A DNA stretch of 64,000 bases from Rebecca billardiae RCC1528 (Eukaryota > Protista > Haptophyta). Made by a program: the position numbers and the translations under genes. The notes beneath the pieces are model-generated. The model had not been told where the DNA came from, ran no database searches, and saw only the letters and a list, made by a program, of their open reading frames with translations. Below are positions 23,901 through 36,792 of the stretch, one piece after another (within the stretch, counting starts at the first letter, position 1; each line of letters begins with the position of its first letter). Where the stretch lies: NCBI GenBank assembly GCA_965240325.2, contig OZ251230.1:558001-622000 (forward strand), written 5' to 3'.

Positions 23901-25124
23901 TGAGTCAGACAACCCGACCGAGCCAACGCGATGAGCGCTGCAAGGCCGCATGCGCCCGCCCACTGACTGCGCGCACGATTTGCACAATGCAGATGAGAAT
24001 GGCGAAGGCGAGTTCGTTCATCTTGGTGATGACGAGCGTGCCGTACCCCAGCGCCGAGATGCCCGACCAAGCCATGTAGAGCGAGAGGAGGTAGCGCTGC
24101 CAGTCACTTGCGAGTGCGGGGTCGAACTGCGAGTTGTCGGCGAGCAGCTCAAACTGAGCACTCCACGACGGCAGCGAGAGCGTGGTGCCGTCGCCGCCGT
24201 ACTCGGAGATGAGCCACCAGAAGCACGCCACCCTGAGCGCGGTTGGGCGCGCGAGGAGGGGTAGGGATGCGCCGGGGCAGGGAGGGGGTACGTCGGTCAT
24301 GCAGGCGGCTGTCAGCTGCATCGCAGTGCTGAGCGCGTGAGGGCATGGCTTCCCCCAAACAGTGCACAGCAGACAGCCACCAACGCACGCAGTGGGCCCG
24401 TCTGCGAGACGCACCAGTGGGGCACGGAGTAGAGAAAGGCGCAGAACTTGTAGGTCGCAAGGAAGGCAACGTTGGTGGTCAGGTCGCCATTCATGTGCTG
24501 CACGTAGAGGACCAGGTCGTGCACGCGGCCGAGGCGCACGATCTGCCCGGCCCACCACACGTGCGGGAATGCCATGAGCAAGTACATGGCGCGCCCAACG
24601 TGGAGCACGAGAACGGTCAGCAGATCCCGTGCGAGCCGAGCGCACGTGTACATACTGCCCGTCGTCTCGACGCCGCGCGCCTCACGCCGCCGCCGCGCAT
24701 GCCTGAGCTCCTCGTGCACGCACGCGAGCTCAAAGGCATCAGCGACGACATCGACCACGATCACGACCGGCGTCAAGAGGAATGTCCTCGGGAAGGCGAG
24801 CCGAGCAGGGATGGCAAGCAGCTCGTACGTGAGCAGAGGGAGCCGCACCGTCTTGTACAGCGCCATCCACCATGCGCGCAGCTCGTTCTCCGCGTCGCGC
24901 ATGCGCTGCTCGACGTCGTCCTTGTTGTCCGCGGCAGTCCCGTCGCCGACGTTGCCGACCAGGCCCGGCAGCCAGGTCACGTGCAGGTGGCGCTTGGCGC
25001 TGCGGGTGCCGGCATGGCGGAGAATGCCACTGGTCTTGGCGGCACCATGTGCTGCCCCCGGCCGGTCGCGTCGACAGCAGCGCCACAACACGCGCTGCCA
25101 GAGCGGCGCAGCGGGATCCGCCAT
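14977..25124 (-). CDS. multi-exon two-repeat cation channel: [6TM pore-CNBD-ankyrin] x2 with long linker and EF-hand-like motif
   Basis: Repeat 1: pore YLLSLYMAWSGISALGYGT, C-linker KIRSHFEFQH, CNBD VVGELCFFLG, ankyrins NYDKRTTLHLAAAEG. Repeat 2: pore YVASMFFCISAITTLGISQ, CNBD LFKGCSDGFVDRL..LAELPFVFG, ankyrins DYDGRRPLHVAA. Last intron 15070-15238 gives a terminal exon ending TGA at 14977. Start codon uncertain. Confidence 0.88.
20691..20786. repeat. 33-bp coding tandem repeat x3 (SAGASPKRGRR)
   Basis: CGGCCGCGCTTCGGGCTGGC recurs at 20691, 20724 and 20757. Confidence 0.9.
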
Positions 25125-26049
25125 CAGCTGGGGCCTCCGTCGGCGACGCTGCGTCTTGAGCAGTCGTGATGCTCAGGAGTTGCTGCATCCGTTCGTGTTC
25201 GCGCGCGGTTCGCTGTCGTCGGTGTGGCCCGCACCCTCCTATCAACCGACCTTCAGATTCTTCGCGCCAGCCTGAGATTACAGGTACACACGGGTCCGCG
25301 TAATCATTCTGCGGGCGCGGTAACTTCCCGACAAGCCTGATGATCATGAGTGCCAAGATTCGATCGCCTAGATTCCCCAATTCACAACGGATCGTGCCCA
25401 ATCAGAGGGCCGGACTCTTAATTTGATGGGAATCCGCGCCAACCAGATTCAGGCTGTCCAATACTGAAACAACTACCTTGTAAATGCCGCCCTTTTACCA
25501 TAACGCCCCCAACAACCCCCACCCATCAAGCGGCCGCTTCTGAACCTGTGATGGAGGCCCTGCCGCACGCGCCCGTGCGCGGCGAGGGGTGGAGTGCGGG
25601 GCTGGCGGGCGTCGGGGTCGCCTCGAGAGAGTCAGGCCTGTTTTATTTCTACCAGAGCCCAACGGCGACATTCGCCAACGCGGTAAAATGGCGGCTTGCC
25701 CGCTGGTGGTGGGTACCGGCGCGATTGCGGAGTAGTGATGGCACGTCGTTGGCGCATGTTCGTACTAGGGCGCTGAGCTGTAGCTAAAGATCATGCCAAT
25801 GCTTGCTGCTAAGCCTTGCCATGGTGCTTCGCCATGACACAGACGGGTCACTCGCAGCGCACGGCAGTGTGACGATCGCCGCGCCGCGGCAGCAAACCGC
25901 GGTTGCGGGCGCGTTGCAAGCTGCAAGCACTCTGCCTTAGCTGCGTCGCGCCCGTGTCAGTTGGTGAACCAGGATTGTAGAACGACAGATGGACTGCAAA
26001 CGATACCAGCTCTACTCGCTCCGCCGCCACTTCCTTGTCGAGCGTGAGA

Positions 26050-26400
26050 TGTTTGCGCATGCAGCTTGCCGCCTGCATTTGAACGTTGTCACGGCAGGTT
26101 GGTGGGCCGGTTGTTCAGGCCTCCTCGGCGTAGATGACGACAAGGTGCGTGCCCCGCGCACCCATGGCGCGCAGAAAGGCGTGCACACGCGTCATCGCGC
26201 ATCTGGCAGGCTGCAGTCTTGGCCAAGATGATGAGAACAAGCCTGCCAGTGCCTCACCACGCGGGCGCGAGCGCGCAGAGAGATCTGGCTTCTGACCCGT
26301 GCTCTTCAGTGTACCTCGTGTGCGACGACGACGAGGCGGACGAGCGCCGCAACTGGATTCGTGCACTCACCGGTCACCGAGGAGTGCACGAATCGCATTC
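26050..26400 (+). CDS. possible small-exon gene or fragment with PH-domain-like C-terminal helix
   Basis: VYLVCDDDEADERRNWIRAL resembles the last strand and Trp-helix of PH domains. Candidate GT..CAG introns upstream; gene limits unclear. Confidence 0.3.
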
Positions 26401-27334
26401 CTCACGCACGTGGGGGCCGCCATCGGCCGTGAGAGGTACACTGAACGGGGCGTGACACCCATTCCCACTGGCGGGCACGGGTTTGTCGCCGTGACATAGT
26501 AAATGGAATCTGGTAGAAATAAAACAGGCCGTCAATGAGTCCCCCGCCCAAGCGAGGGCCACCGCCTCAGTCGGCCTCTCCGCGTCGCGCGCGTCGTCGG
26601 CGCGCAGGTGCTTTTGAGCCCTTGTGAAGGCACGCCGAGGTACGAGCAGTCGGCCACAGTGCGCTGATGCGGCCGCGGCCACTGGCGGAGCAGCCGCCAG
26701 CTCTCGCCCTTTACTCAGTTCTTCAAGAACGGATTTGTTCTGCTCAAGTTTGTCGTACACGACTGGTCCGTGGTCGTACCTGGGCTTGCCTTCACCTTCG
26801 GTACCAGACGTGGCGCGAAGCGGTCATCCTTTATGACCCAACCTCACCTCAAACCACTGACCGCGAGACCTGACACCACTCCACTGTCACTGTGGACAGC
26901 CAGCCTCCAGAGGGGGCGGAGGTATGCCATTGCCACCCTCGGGCCAGCCCCCAAGGCCCAACCAGTGAGTCAACCACGGCACCACAACCAGTGGCGACCG
27001 GCGGCCGAAGCCGCTCCAGCCCTACCCTGGCCAGCTGGGCACCCCAATGACCCAAGTCCCAACCACGGCACCACAACTCACAAGGCACAACGTGTCAACC
27101 AGTAGCACTATACAGGCATCACGCAGTAATATAATGACCGCGTTCCGCGGTCCTTTTCCGTAGAACGAACGTAGTTCAGGGCCCGCGGTGGCGGTGCACC
27201 CTCCATCGCAGTCGTCTATTGACAGACCCGGAGTTGCATGCCCGTACAACTAGACTCCAGCGGCGCGCCGCCGCCCGCCGCGCCGGGCGCGGGCCCATCG
27301 CACTTCGCAGCCGCCGGCGCGGCGCCGATTGTGT

Positions 27335-27661
27335 ACAGGCGGATGCGACGAGGCGTGATCGACGCATGAGCGCGACTCCACGTGCACGCCAGGCCACGCG
27401 AAGCTGACAGCCAGGGAGCACGGTGCGGGGCCGCGGATTCGTTCGGGCCGCTGCTGCTGACTGACCGGCTGTCCCGCGGGTCACCGCGCACCGGCAGCGC
27501 CAGGATAGTTAGATGATTTGCACTGGTCCGAGTAGGGTTCGACCAGCGCCTGCGCGACGGCCGACAGGCGGGCGCGAGGCGTGATCGACGCATGAGCGCA
27601 ACTCTACGTGCACGCCAGGCCACGCGGTCGGCGGTGCTGTCAGCCCGAGGGAGCACGGTGC
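27335..27661. repeat. pair of ~90-bp degenerate direct repeats (27335-27426 and 27564-27661)
   Basis: Shared core AGGCGTGATCGACGCATGAGCGC.ACTC.ACGTGCACGCCAGGCCACGCG and tail AGGGAGCACGGTGC. Confidence 0.85.
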
Positions 27662-29337
27662 CGAGGTGCGAGGGCACCAGGCATGGCATTGGCAAGGGCG
27701 GCGCGTGGTGAAGTCGGAGACTCCTAAGAGATCGATCAGTCCGGCATCAGGCGCCGGCTGGCGCCGCTGCCCCCGAGCTTGCGAGAGCCCGAATACAGGG
27801 CGGCTGCCGCGGCGCAGGCGCCGGCCCGACGCGCGGCGGACGCGCAGGCAGTCGACACAGGGCGGGCGGGGGCGCGCGGAGTGAGCGGGGCACGAACTCG
27901 ATGTCGCCCGTCAGTCGGGACCCGCCGCAGCCGCGCGCACCAGGCGCCACTCGCCGCGCGTACCTCCGATCGCGGGGCCATCGCCGTCCTCACCCGTCCC
28001 CTCGCGAGTGCGACGAGTCGGTCGCTCGTGGCTCGCCCCCTCGTCTTGCCTCTCGCAACTGACTGGCGTACCGAAAACGCGGCGGACACGGGCACACGCC
28101 GCGCGCGATACGGATAGCTGCGGCGGATATTTTTCAATGGCTCGCACTATTGGAGTTGGTTGGACTATTATGTCAACGGTCGTTCTTGGCATCTTGCAGC
28201 GGCGCACTACATGAACGAGAGTCTACCCACAATTACCCAGCCTGGCACACTTGGGCGTGGGTTTCGTTGATTCCTCTGACTATACAAAAGGGCCGGGCGC
28301 GACCTTTTTCGGCCGTGATGCGTGTTAGAGAGGGTCTCAAAATTCGAAACTCGGTCTCCTCCAGCCATGAAAATCGTCCCCCGTCCCTTTTTTCGTGATC
28401 AAAGATGTTAAGATCTTTTTGAAACGTGGTTAGGGCCCACGGAGCGGGCTCCACGCTGCGCGCTCCGCCCTGCACCGCGGGCCATAAAGTTATTAGCAGC
28501 GGTGATGACGATCATATGACGGGTACGAGTAACTACAGACTACTGCCAGATTTATTCTGATAATGATGTCGTTTGTCCGACTGGTACAAGTAGCAGTAGC
28601 TTACTGCCAGATTTCTGATATATCGGTTGTCCGACTCGGCTCACATTCGAAGTCCTCGAATTGCGATGATCAGCGTGCACTGCCTAATAGTCCGTAGTCG
28701 GTGTGCACGCAGAGCACGTGGCACATGAGCCGACAGCCGTCAATGGTCGTCACGTGACGTCACGCCAGCCATGGGCTTCATCACACTGTGGCCCGTCAGC
28801 GCTCGGGTACGGGGTAGCTTAGTGGTACTGGTAGTCGGCATGCTGATGCGCCGCCGACCCGTCACGTGCCATCACGGCTGAAATTGGCGGACGTGACAAC
28901 ACGTGATGGTCAGGTCACGACGAATTCTCAGCCCATAATTTAATAAATATTTAAATAATAATTTATTTATTATACAGCCGCAGCTGCCGTCTGCCGCAGC
29001 TGCTCGCCGCTAGGTCGGCGGGCGGCGACATTGACTACGACCTTACCCTCATCCAAGTGCTCCGGAAGGCGCTCGGCCGCGGCGGCATCTGCCGTCGCCG
29101 CCGCGTGCCCCAGGCTGAGGCGGTGCTCCATCCCGGCCCTGCTCCCTCAGAAGGGCAGGGCTGCGGGTGGCGCACTGCCTGACCTGGTTGGAAGGCGCGG
29201 ACGCATTCTATGTGCCGTCTGCTGCACTCTGAGCCTGACGCTTGCCCGCTGCATACCACGTCGTTAAATATGTACACATCAATCCTGCGCGCGCGAGTTA
29301 CTACATATTCCCTCCGCGCCGCTTAATTCCGGGCACG

Positions 29338-30246
29338 ATGGCGTCTGCGCCCTGGGCGGTGGCGCTCGTTTGCCTTCTCAGCTCGAGCACTGTCGCTCAG
29401 GAATCTGCGCAGGCTGACGGGCAGTGCGGACAGCCGGAAGGCGTGCAGCTTGTGCCGTTCAATCAAGTGCCCGAGACGCGCGTGTGGGATGTGAACTGCT
29501 CACACGAGCTGGATGAACTCCTCGCGCGCATCCCGGGCGAGTACTTGCAGCTGCAGGATCCTGTGGAGGAGATGCCGCTCATCGTGAAAGACGCCCGGCG
29601 CAAGCAGGGGTGCTTCCGCGAGCGCTGCTTCCGCTCCGTCCATGATGCCTTCGCGACAGAGGAAGAGTGCGCGGAGCTGCTCGAGCTGATCACGCCGGAG
29701 TACGGGTACACAGAGGAGTCACCGCCGGGCCAGAAGTACGTCACCATTGCGCGCCTGCACAAGCGTGACTCGCTGCTGCACAACATCACGCATCGGATGG
29801 CCGACATGCTCTCCTCCCAGTTCGGCGCGCAGAATCCCTACCCGCTGCACCTCAACTCGCGCGGCGAGTGGACGTGGGACGTGGCCGCGGCCGACGCGCC
29901 GGCCCAAGCCGCTCAGATTCGAGACGAGATACTGGACGGCTCCTACAATGGCAGGCAGGGGCACATCGACGCGGCACGCGCCACGGGGTGGCACTGGACA
30001 TGCCTGCTGTACATCGGCGACCACAACGACGACCACATGTCTGGCGGGCAGACGCTCCTCATCGATCAAGTAGATCACGGTAGTGGTGCCGCGAAGAGTG
30101 GCCTGCTTGTCGAGCCGCAGAGAGGCCGGCTGCTCAGCTTCACGAGCGGCCCGGAGAACGTGCACCACGCCATGCCCGTCGTACGTGGCCTTCGCTCGCT
30201 CGTTCAGATCTGGTTTGGCTGCCGCTCACATCCCGGAGATTGGTGA
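29338..30246 (+). CDS. secreted 2-oxoglutarate/Fe(II)-dependent oxygenase (prolyl-hydroxylase/OGFOD3-like)
   Basis: Signal peptide MASAPWAVALVCLL; HxD (GHID), WTCLLYI, GG, VEPQRGRLLSFTSGPENVHH, R-x-S..W. Confidence 0.88.
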   Translation: MASAPWAVALVCLLSSSTVAQESAQADGQCGQPEGVQLVPFNQVPETRVWDVNCSHELDELLARIPGEYLQLQDPVEEMPLIVKDARRKQGCFRERCFRSVHDAFATEEECAELLELITPEYGYTEESPPGQKYVTIARLHKRDSLLHNITHRMADMLSSQFGAQNPYPLHLNSRGEWTWDVAAADAPAQAAQIRDEILDGSYNGRQGHIDAARATGWHWTCLLYIGDHNDDHMSGGQTLLIDQVDHGSGAAKSGLLVEPQRGRLLSFTSGPENVHHAMPVVRGLRSLVQIWFGCRSHPGDW

Positions 30247-31559
30247 CCGGCCTGCGCGCGCCCGTGATCGGCGATGGTGCCGCATCAGTGCGGGGCAGTG
30301 CGGACGAGTCATCAGTCGTCCGCGGACGCAGCCTGTCCCTGTGGCCCCGATCAAACTACCGACTACGCGCCTGCGCGTAACTACGGACTACGGTACGCGA
30401 TACGTATATACAGTATTATTGTCGTAATTGTTTGCTGGCGGCGGCGCGACGTAGTTTACTAGCTACCGTCTGACTACGTCTACCGGTCGAGTGCCGTCAC
30501 TTAACTGCTTACTACCCGGTATATACCGAGTGAGTGTTCTGACTACAAGTAGCAGTACAAACGTCAAACACTACACGACTAATACTATACGACGTCTAGC
30601 TGGTCTCAGTAGTCGGGCTGAACCGCGCGTCACGGGCGTCAGTCCGGTCAGACCGTAGGCGTAGTATTAGTTAGACAGTCGGCACAGTCGCGTAACCGAG
30701 ACTGGCTGGCTTGTTGCATTTTGAAGTGAGACCAAACGCGACATCGGAGGGAATTTCGGCGAGCGAATTTTTTTCATGATGGCCGCTGCCGCGCTGCGGC
30801 GGCGGCCACGGGAGGCGCTCAGGAGGCGCGCGTCGCACCAGACGACGCGCGTCGACGCTTGCCTACGGTTCTAGACAGAGTGTGCGCCACGCTGCATGCT
30901 ATACAGTCACGGCACGCTCGGCAGTCAGGTCGACACTCGTCGACGCCGTCCGCGTGCAGTGCCGACACGAGTCGTGATCAAGCGCGTCGGCGCGCTCAGC
31001 CATCTGGTCGAGAATCATGCTGTGGTCTGCGGCCGAGAGAACGACCGGGATCTTCCTCAACGCCTTCCCCATCGTGCTCGAGTTGTGCGTAGTCTCGCCC
31101 GCGGGCGCGCTCGCAATCACCATCTGCAATCTGCGCTCGCCTTGCGGTGCAGCGCTCCTCGGAGTGCCACCACGAGAGCTCGCGGTACTTCTACTGGGTA
31201 TTGGAGGAGTCGAAGGTGCGCCAGCCAAGTAGATGAAGTCGACCACCTCGGTGCCAGCCACGATCAGTCCCCAGACGCCCCCAAAGCAGTGTCGGGGTCT
31301 AGAGGTAAGCGTCGAGGATCAGTAGAAGCTTACGGCGCAGTGTCCGAACGGTGCTCAACAGGACAGTACTGCAAGAGAATGAGATAGTACTCGTAGGATT
31401 CACTGTCATCAGACTAGTTGCCGCCGGCGTCATCCACGGCTGGGATGGCCCCGTTGTGACCGGGCTCAATGAGTGCCACGCGTCGCTGCTGGTCGTCCAG
31501 GAAGCGCTCTGCGAGCCAGTGTCAACCCGGAGCTGATGCGCTCGGGCCTCGGCGGCGCT

Positions 31560-31960
31560 CGAGGAGGGCGCCCCGCATTATCAGCTTCACCGAGGAGATC
31601 GCGCGCTGGCTGGGGACGGCCAAGCAAATGAACACGGAGCTGGGCGGCTCGGAGCTGATTATGAACCGCACGCGCGCGCAGCTCGCGAGGACGCGCGATC
31701 GTGTGGTGGTACCCTACGCCGAGATCACCGCGACTTTCCGGGGTACGACACAATCGACCCGGCGACGCGCGACGAGAAGCGCGCCCGCACTCAAGCCGGA
31801 AGAGCTTCCACAACCTGCGCATCGACCAGGCGGGTCGCATGTGGGTGTGTCGCTGGCCGTGCTCGTGCGCACCGTGCCGTGCCGCGCTCCCGCGCAACAT
31901 GCGCCCGACATCCGGTCCCTGCGCGCTCCGCCCCATCTTCAGCGAGCTCAACGACTGGCA
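31560..31960 (+). pseudogene. possible frameshifted C-terminal remnant of a DNA transposase (Sola-like)
   Basis: IISFTEEIARWL, then in another frame SFHNLRIDQAGRMWVCRWPCSCAPC, resembling the H..R..CxCxxC tail of some DDE transposases. No catalytic core or TIRs identified. Confidence 0.25.
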
Positions 31961-33140
31961 CGTCGCACGACGTGACGGCGCAGCTCCAGCGGAAGGCCGG
32001 CGCTGGAGCTGAGGACTCGGACGATGAGATCGAGGTCGACCGGGACTTGCGTAGCGCCTCATGCCCGCCTCCTCACGCGTCTTGCGGGCTGCAGCATGCG
32101 CTGAATCTTGAGCTCCAGCCCTTCTGAGCTTTCTTGCCGCGTCGACCGCGCGCGGAGAGCTTCTGCTTCCGCTTGGACATGAGGGGGTGCCCACTTGGAT
32201 GCAGAGTGTTCTCGACGTAGGTCACGCCCCAGCCTGGCGCAAGTGGATTGCTGCACTCACGACAACCTCAGGGGTGCAGCGATCGCGTTCCCCGCGGTCC
32301 AGACGCCATCCTCGTCGAGAACACTCTGCATCCAACCGGGCGTCACGCGGATTCCCACTGGGATGTCGCCGTCACATATTTGTTTAACAGTAGTAGTACG
32401 ACTCATAAGCATCACGGGCTGGTCGAGCGCTTCGATTAGCTATATGATGCTGCTGCGTAGTATATGATTCGAGCCGCCACTTCGTGTCCGAGACGCTCGA
32501 GCAGCTGCAGGAATGAGGAAGTGACTCAGTGAGGAGCTTCTGCCGCGGGGCCGCCGGTCGCAACGCCCGTCGTGTGCCCCGTCTACATCACTCTACACCA
32601 CTGGCGTCTACCACGGCGCCTCAGTCGCCGGGCTCGGGCCGCCCAAATATCCGGGCATATAAGCCGTCCATCAGTAGAAATTTCCGGAGGGGGGGTGGTA
32701 GTGGCCTGGCGCCGTCCGGAGGCCGCGGCAGATTGCGCGGAGATTAAGCTGCCAAAAGATTTGTCGTCACATAGGAACAATTCATTTAAGCCTCGACCAA
32801 TCTGAGAGGCGGCTCGCTCAGTGCCGTTACAGCCGCGCCATCTTAGTATGTATAGACATTAATTAGTTAATAATAACGGCCAAATGTTTGCTATACTAAA
32901 AATCGCCGGCCCGCATACATATATATATATAGCTATATATATATCAGATATATTGATGATGATGTCTATACGATCGACTGCTGATATATATGCATATTTA
33001 TGCTGTCAGCATTACTCGACTGCGACTACTGCATGCTGTAGTTAGACGATGAGTGACAGAGTGTCCGATATACTCGGCGCCGCCTACTGGCGAGTACTGC
33101 TGCTGACGCGGGCGGCTCCGACCGGCGGTGGACTCACGGC

Positions 33141-36100
33141 TCACCAACCGGAAATCCAAAAGTCCCCAGTGTTCCTGTTCTTCACCACGAACTGCCGCTT
33201 CTCGTCCAGCCACACGGGTTCGTCGAAGCCGGGGTTGAACTTGGGCGAGCAGAACTCGCGGATGGTGGGCGCGTGTTCCTGAGAGCGATCGCGCTCCTTG
33301 TACAGGCCGTTGGAGCATGTCCATAGCTCCACCTGCTTTGGCTCGAACTCCTCGCCGTGCGAGAACTCGTTCTGCCGGTCGGAGCAGCAGCAGTGCGTGG
33401 TGAAATCCCGCCACCCCTCGAAGCCGACAAACTCGTTGCGCTTGAGGAGCTCCTCGAGCTCGCACTCCGCCGTGCCCGGCACGCCGGCGAACTGGTTGCC
33501 GAGCCCCTCGCCCGTCGGCGCGACCACGTTGGCGGTGGCCGCCTGCCAGAACTGGCCGAGCAGCAGGACGGCAATCGAGATGAAAGCGGCGGCGGCCATC
33601 GCGGCGAACACGAGCAGCACGTACTGCAGCGTCACGGTGTCGAGCTCGTGGTCGAGCTCCCGCCGCGCCTTCTCGATCTTCATCTTCTGCTCCTCGCTGA
33701 ACCCCTCCTCAATCTTGGACGACTTCTCCTGGAGTTGCTTCTTGTGCCTCACCGAGCAGACCCAGCCGATCCCGAGTGCGCAGAACGGCACGACGAAGTT
33801 GATGAGGATGATGAAGCCGCCCAGCGCAGCCTGCGGCATCCGGTGCGCGACCCCCACGAACGTGAACACCACGATGAGCGGGTTGATCGCCGACGCGAAC
33901 GAGCACGCCACCGCGAGCGCATCGGACTTCGGGTCGAAGTAGGGCCGCGTCCATGCCTGGAAAAGCAGGACGAGGAAATGGAAGATGCAGACCATGATGG
34001 AGGCCGCGAACAGGAAGTCGAAGAGGAAGATCACGATGGCGATGATGAGCAGCTTCTGCATCACGATGAAGAGCTGTGGCCACGCGAGCGGCGGCCGAGG
34101 CGCCGTGCGGCGCGAGCGTGAGCGCGCGTGCGGCGCGCGTGAGCGCAGGAGCGCGGAGTGCCCGGGCTGGGGTCCGGGTGTGAGCGCGCACCTTCATGTA
34201 GCGGAACTGGTACTCGAAGACCGAGTAGAGGGACTTTGCGCGGTTGCGCGAGCCCGACACGCGGTAGTCCCACTCGACGTCGCCCTGCTGCTTCTTCTGC
34301 CCCTCGGTGAGGATACGCGAGGAGCGGATCTCAATCTTGTTGAAGAGGCGCGTGTGCCTCGAGATGATCTGGTAGTAGAGGTACGGCACGCCCACCGTGA
34401 AGCCGATCAGCGTGATGATCGACGCGGGACTGCGCGCGGCGGGGGGGGAGGCCACACACGCGCGAGCAGAGGGCGCAGGCGCGTGCGTCGCGACGCGGCC
34501 CGTCAGTCACCGCCCGTCGGCATGCGGCCGTGGGCTGGGGGGCGGGCGCGCCCAGCCGCGTGTGGGCCCACACCCAGTGCAGGCCGTGCGCGCTCGAGGC
34601 CGCGGCGACGCGCTGCCCTGTCCGACGGCCTCCCCGCGCACCGCGCCGAGCGCGCGCCCCGTGGCTGCTGGCGCGCGCACCCGAAGAAGGGCAGGATCAT
34701 GCGGTTGTAGTCGAGCCGCACGTCGTTGCGCGCGCGGAAGACGACCTCGCCGGGGCAGAAGCGGGCGGAGCACTGCGCCGGAGTCTCGAACATGAACTCC
34801 CAGCTCGTCTTCCAGTCGTTCGGGTCGTAGAAGTCGCACGGCTCGCACTTGACGAGGCCGGTGGCGAGCCACTGCGACGCGGCCGAGTTGAGCTCGTTGG
34901 CAAACTCGGGGAAGCGCTCGCCCGGCTGGCACTCGACGGCCTTGGAGAGCCAGACGGCGAAGAGCATGCGCGTGACGGGCATGTAGAGCACGGTGAGGAG
35001 GAGGAGGAACGACGAGACGGCCGTGCGGTCGATCAGCGAGTGCAGCTCGCGCAGCCAGATCCGCCCCTTCTCGAAGAAGGAGAAGGCGTTGTACACGGCG
35101 GTCGTGACCCCAAACAGGCCGAGCATCAGCGAGAGCGCAAACCCGAAGCGGAAGATGGTGAGCGGGCGGGCCCAGTTGTCGAAGGCGGCGAAGAGCAGGC
35201 AGAGGAAGGTGACGCCCACGTTGCGCACGTAGATCCACACCGGGTACGGCTTGGGCGGCCCCTCCTCCTTCACCTCGCCCTTGATGAACTTCTTGAGGTC
35301 GGTCGTGTTCGCCTTGCCGATCGCCGAGCCCACGATGTCCAGCCGCTGCTGCGCGATGCGCAGCTCGATGTAGATGTTGAAGGCGCGCCAGAGCAGGTAC
35401 GCGACGATCATGCCGGCGAAGAGGCCGATGCCCACGTACAGCATCGTGTCGAGCAGCCGCGGCGTGAGCGTGCCACCGCCGACCACCTGCAGGCGCGTCT
35501 GGTCGAGCAGCGCCTTTGCGAGGATGGTCGAGAACGTGAGCACGATCCCAAACACGAGGATGAAGAGCCAGAGCACCTTGTACAGCGGGCGGAAGAGGAT
35601 GAGCGTGACGAACGAGATGATCAGCGGGATCGCCGCCGTCACGAGCAGGTACAGCGCGGGGAACGGCAGCGATGCGAACGACTCGACGAACGCGGGCACG
35701 CCGAGCGTCGCCGCCCACTCGGCCACCGCCTGCAGGTCGATGTTGAAGATGTTCATCCAGCCGAGGTAGACGTTCCAGTCGATGAGGATCTGCGGGATCT
35801 CGAAGGGGAAGTTGAGCTCGGGCCAGCGCTCGACGAGCGAGAACGTGAGCATGTTCGTCAGCGCGGTGAACTGGAAGAAGGAGAAGAGGATCTCGAGGTC
35901 GTTTGAGCTCGGCAGCACTGTGCACGCCGTCTCCCACAGCGCACTCATGCGCTGGTCGGGCGCGGCGCGCGCGTTGTGCTGCGCGCGCATCTCCTCGTTG
36001 ATCATGATGCCGTCGACGGCGTTGCCGCCGCCCTGCGCGGCGAGCTCGCCCATCGCCGCGTAGTTCCGCCGCGCGCCCGCCTTGGTCTTGGTCGGGCTGT

Positions 36101-36792
36101 GGATGTGGATCTCCTTCTGCGCCGTCTCGGTCGCAAAGTACGTGCCCGCGCCGACCGCGATCGCCGGGCCCATCGCCTTGAGCAGCCGCGCCGCCTCGGA
36201 GGCGAGCAGGGGGTCGTGGCTCGTCTTCGCCTGCTCGAGCGTCTCGCGCAGCACGGGCAGCGACGTCACGTGCTCTTTCGCCTTGGCTGCGGCCTCCTTG
36301 ACCGACTTCTTGGGCGGGAAGCGGCCCTGGTACTCGTCCATGTCGGCCTTGTGCCGGTAGTTGACGAGTACGAACTCCTCAAAGTCGATCTTGCCGTCGT
36401 GGTTCCGATCGGCCACGTTGAACGCCTCCGCCACCCACTCGTTCGTGCGCGGCGGGTCGCCGCGCTCGACGGCGCCGAGCGTGACGAGGTTGCGGAACTC
36501 CTCCATGTCGATCGCGCCGTCGCCGTTCGCGTCGATGTTCTTGAACATCTCGTGCCACTTCTTCAGCTCGTCGTTGTCGAACCTGATCTCAGGCATGCGC
36601 TCCGCAGGCTCATCGTCCTCGGGCTCGCCCTTGCCCTTGGCCTGCGCGGCGGCGTGCCCGCGCGCGCGCGCGCCGCGCGATCGCGTCAGGCCCCGCGCCG
36701 CGCGCAGAGTGGTGGAGCGCGGGGCGTACAGCGCGCGCGCGCAGGCGGCGCACCGCCTGCCCACTGGCCGGGGCGAAAATGCTCTGGAACAT
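33141..36792 (-). CDS. EF-hand-containing multipass membrane protein with TRP-like (DUF907-type) C-terminal TM bundle
   Basis: EF-hands DANGDGAIDMEE and DRNHDGKIDFEE; many hydrophobic helices; LYSVFEYQF..QKLLII..RPYFDPKSD motif. Three GT-AG introns (near 36640-36753, 34430-34680, 34074-34191). Confidence 0.85.

Noticed and set aside
25485-25502. U5 snRNA loop I (GCCTTTTAC-like)
   Set aside because: The sequence has an extra C and no supporting stem or Sm site.
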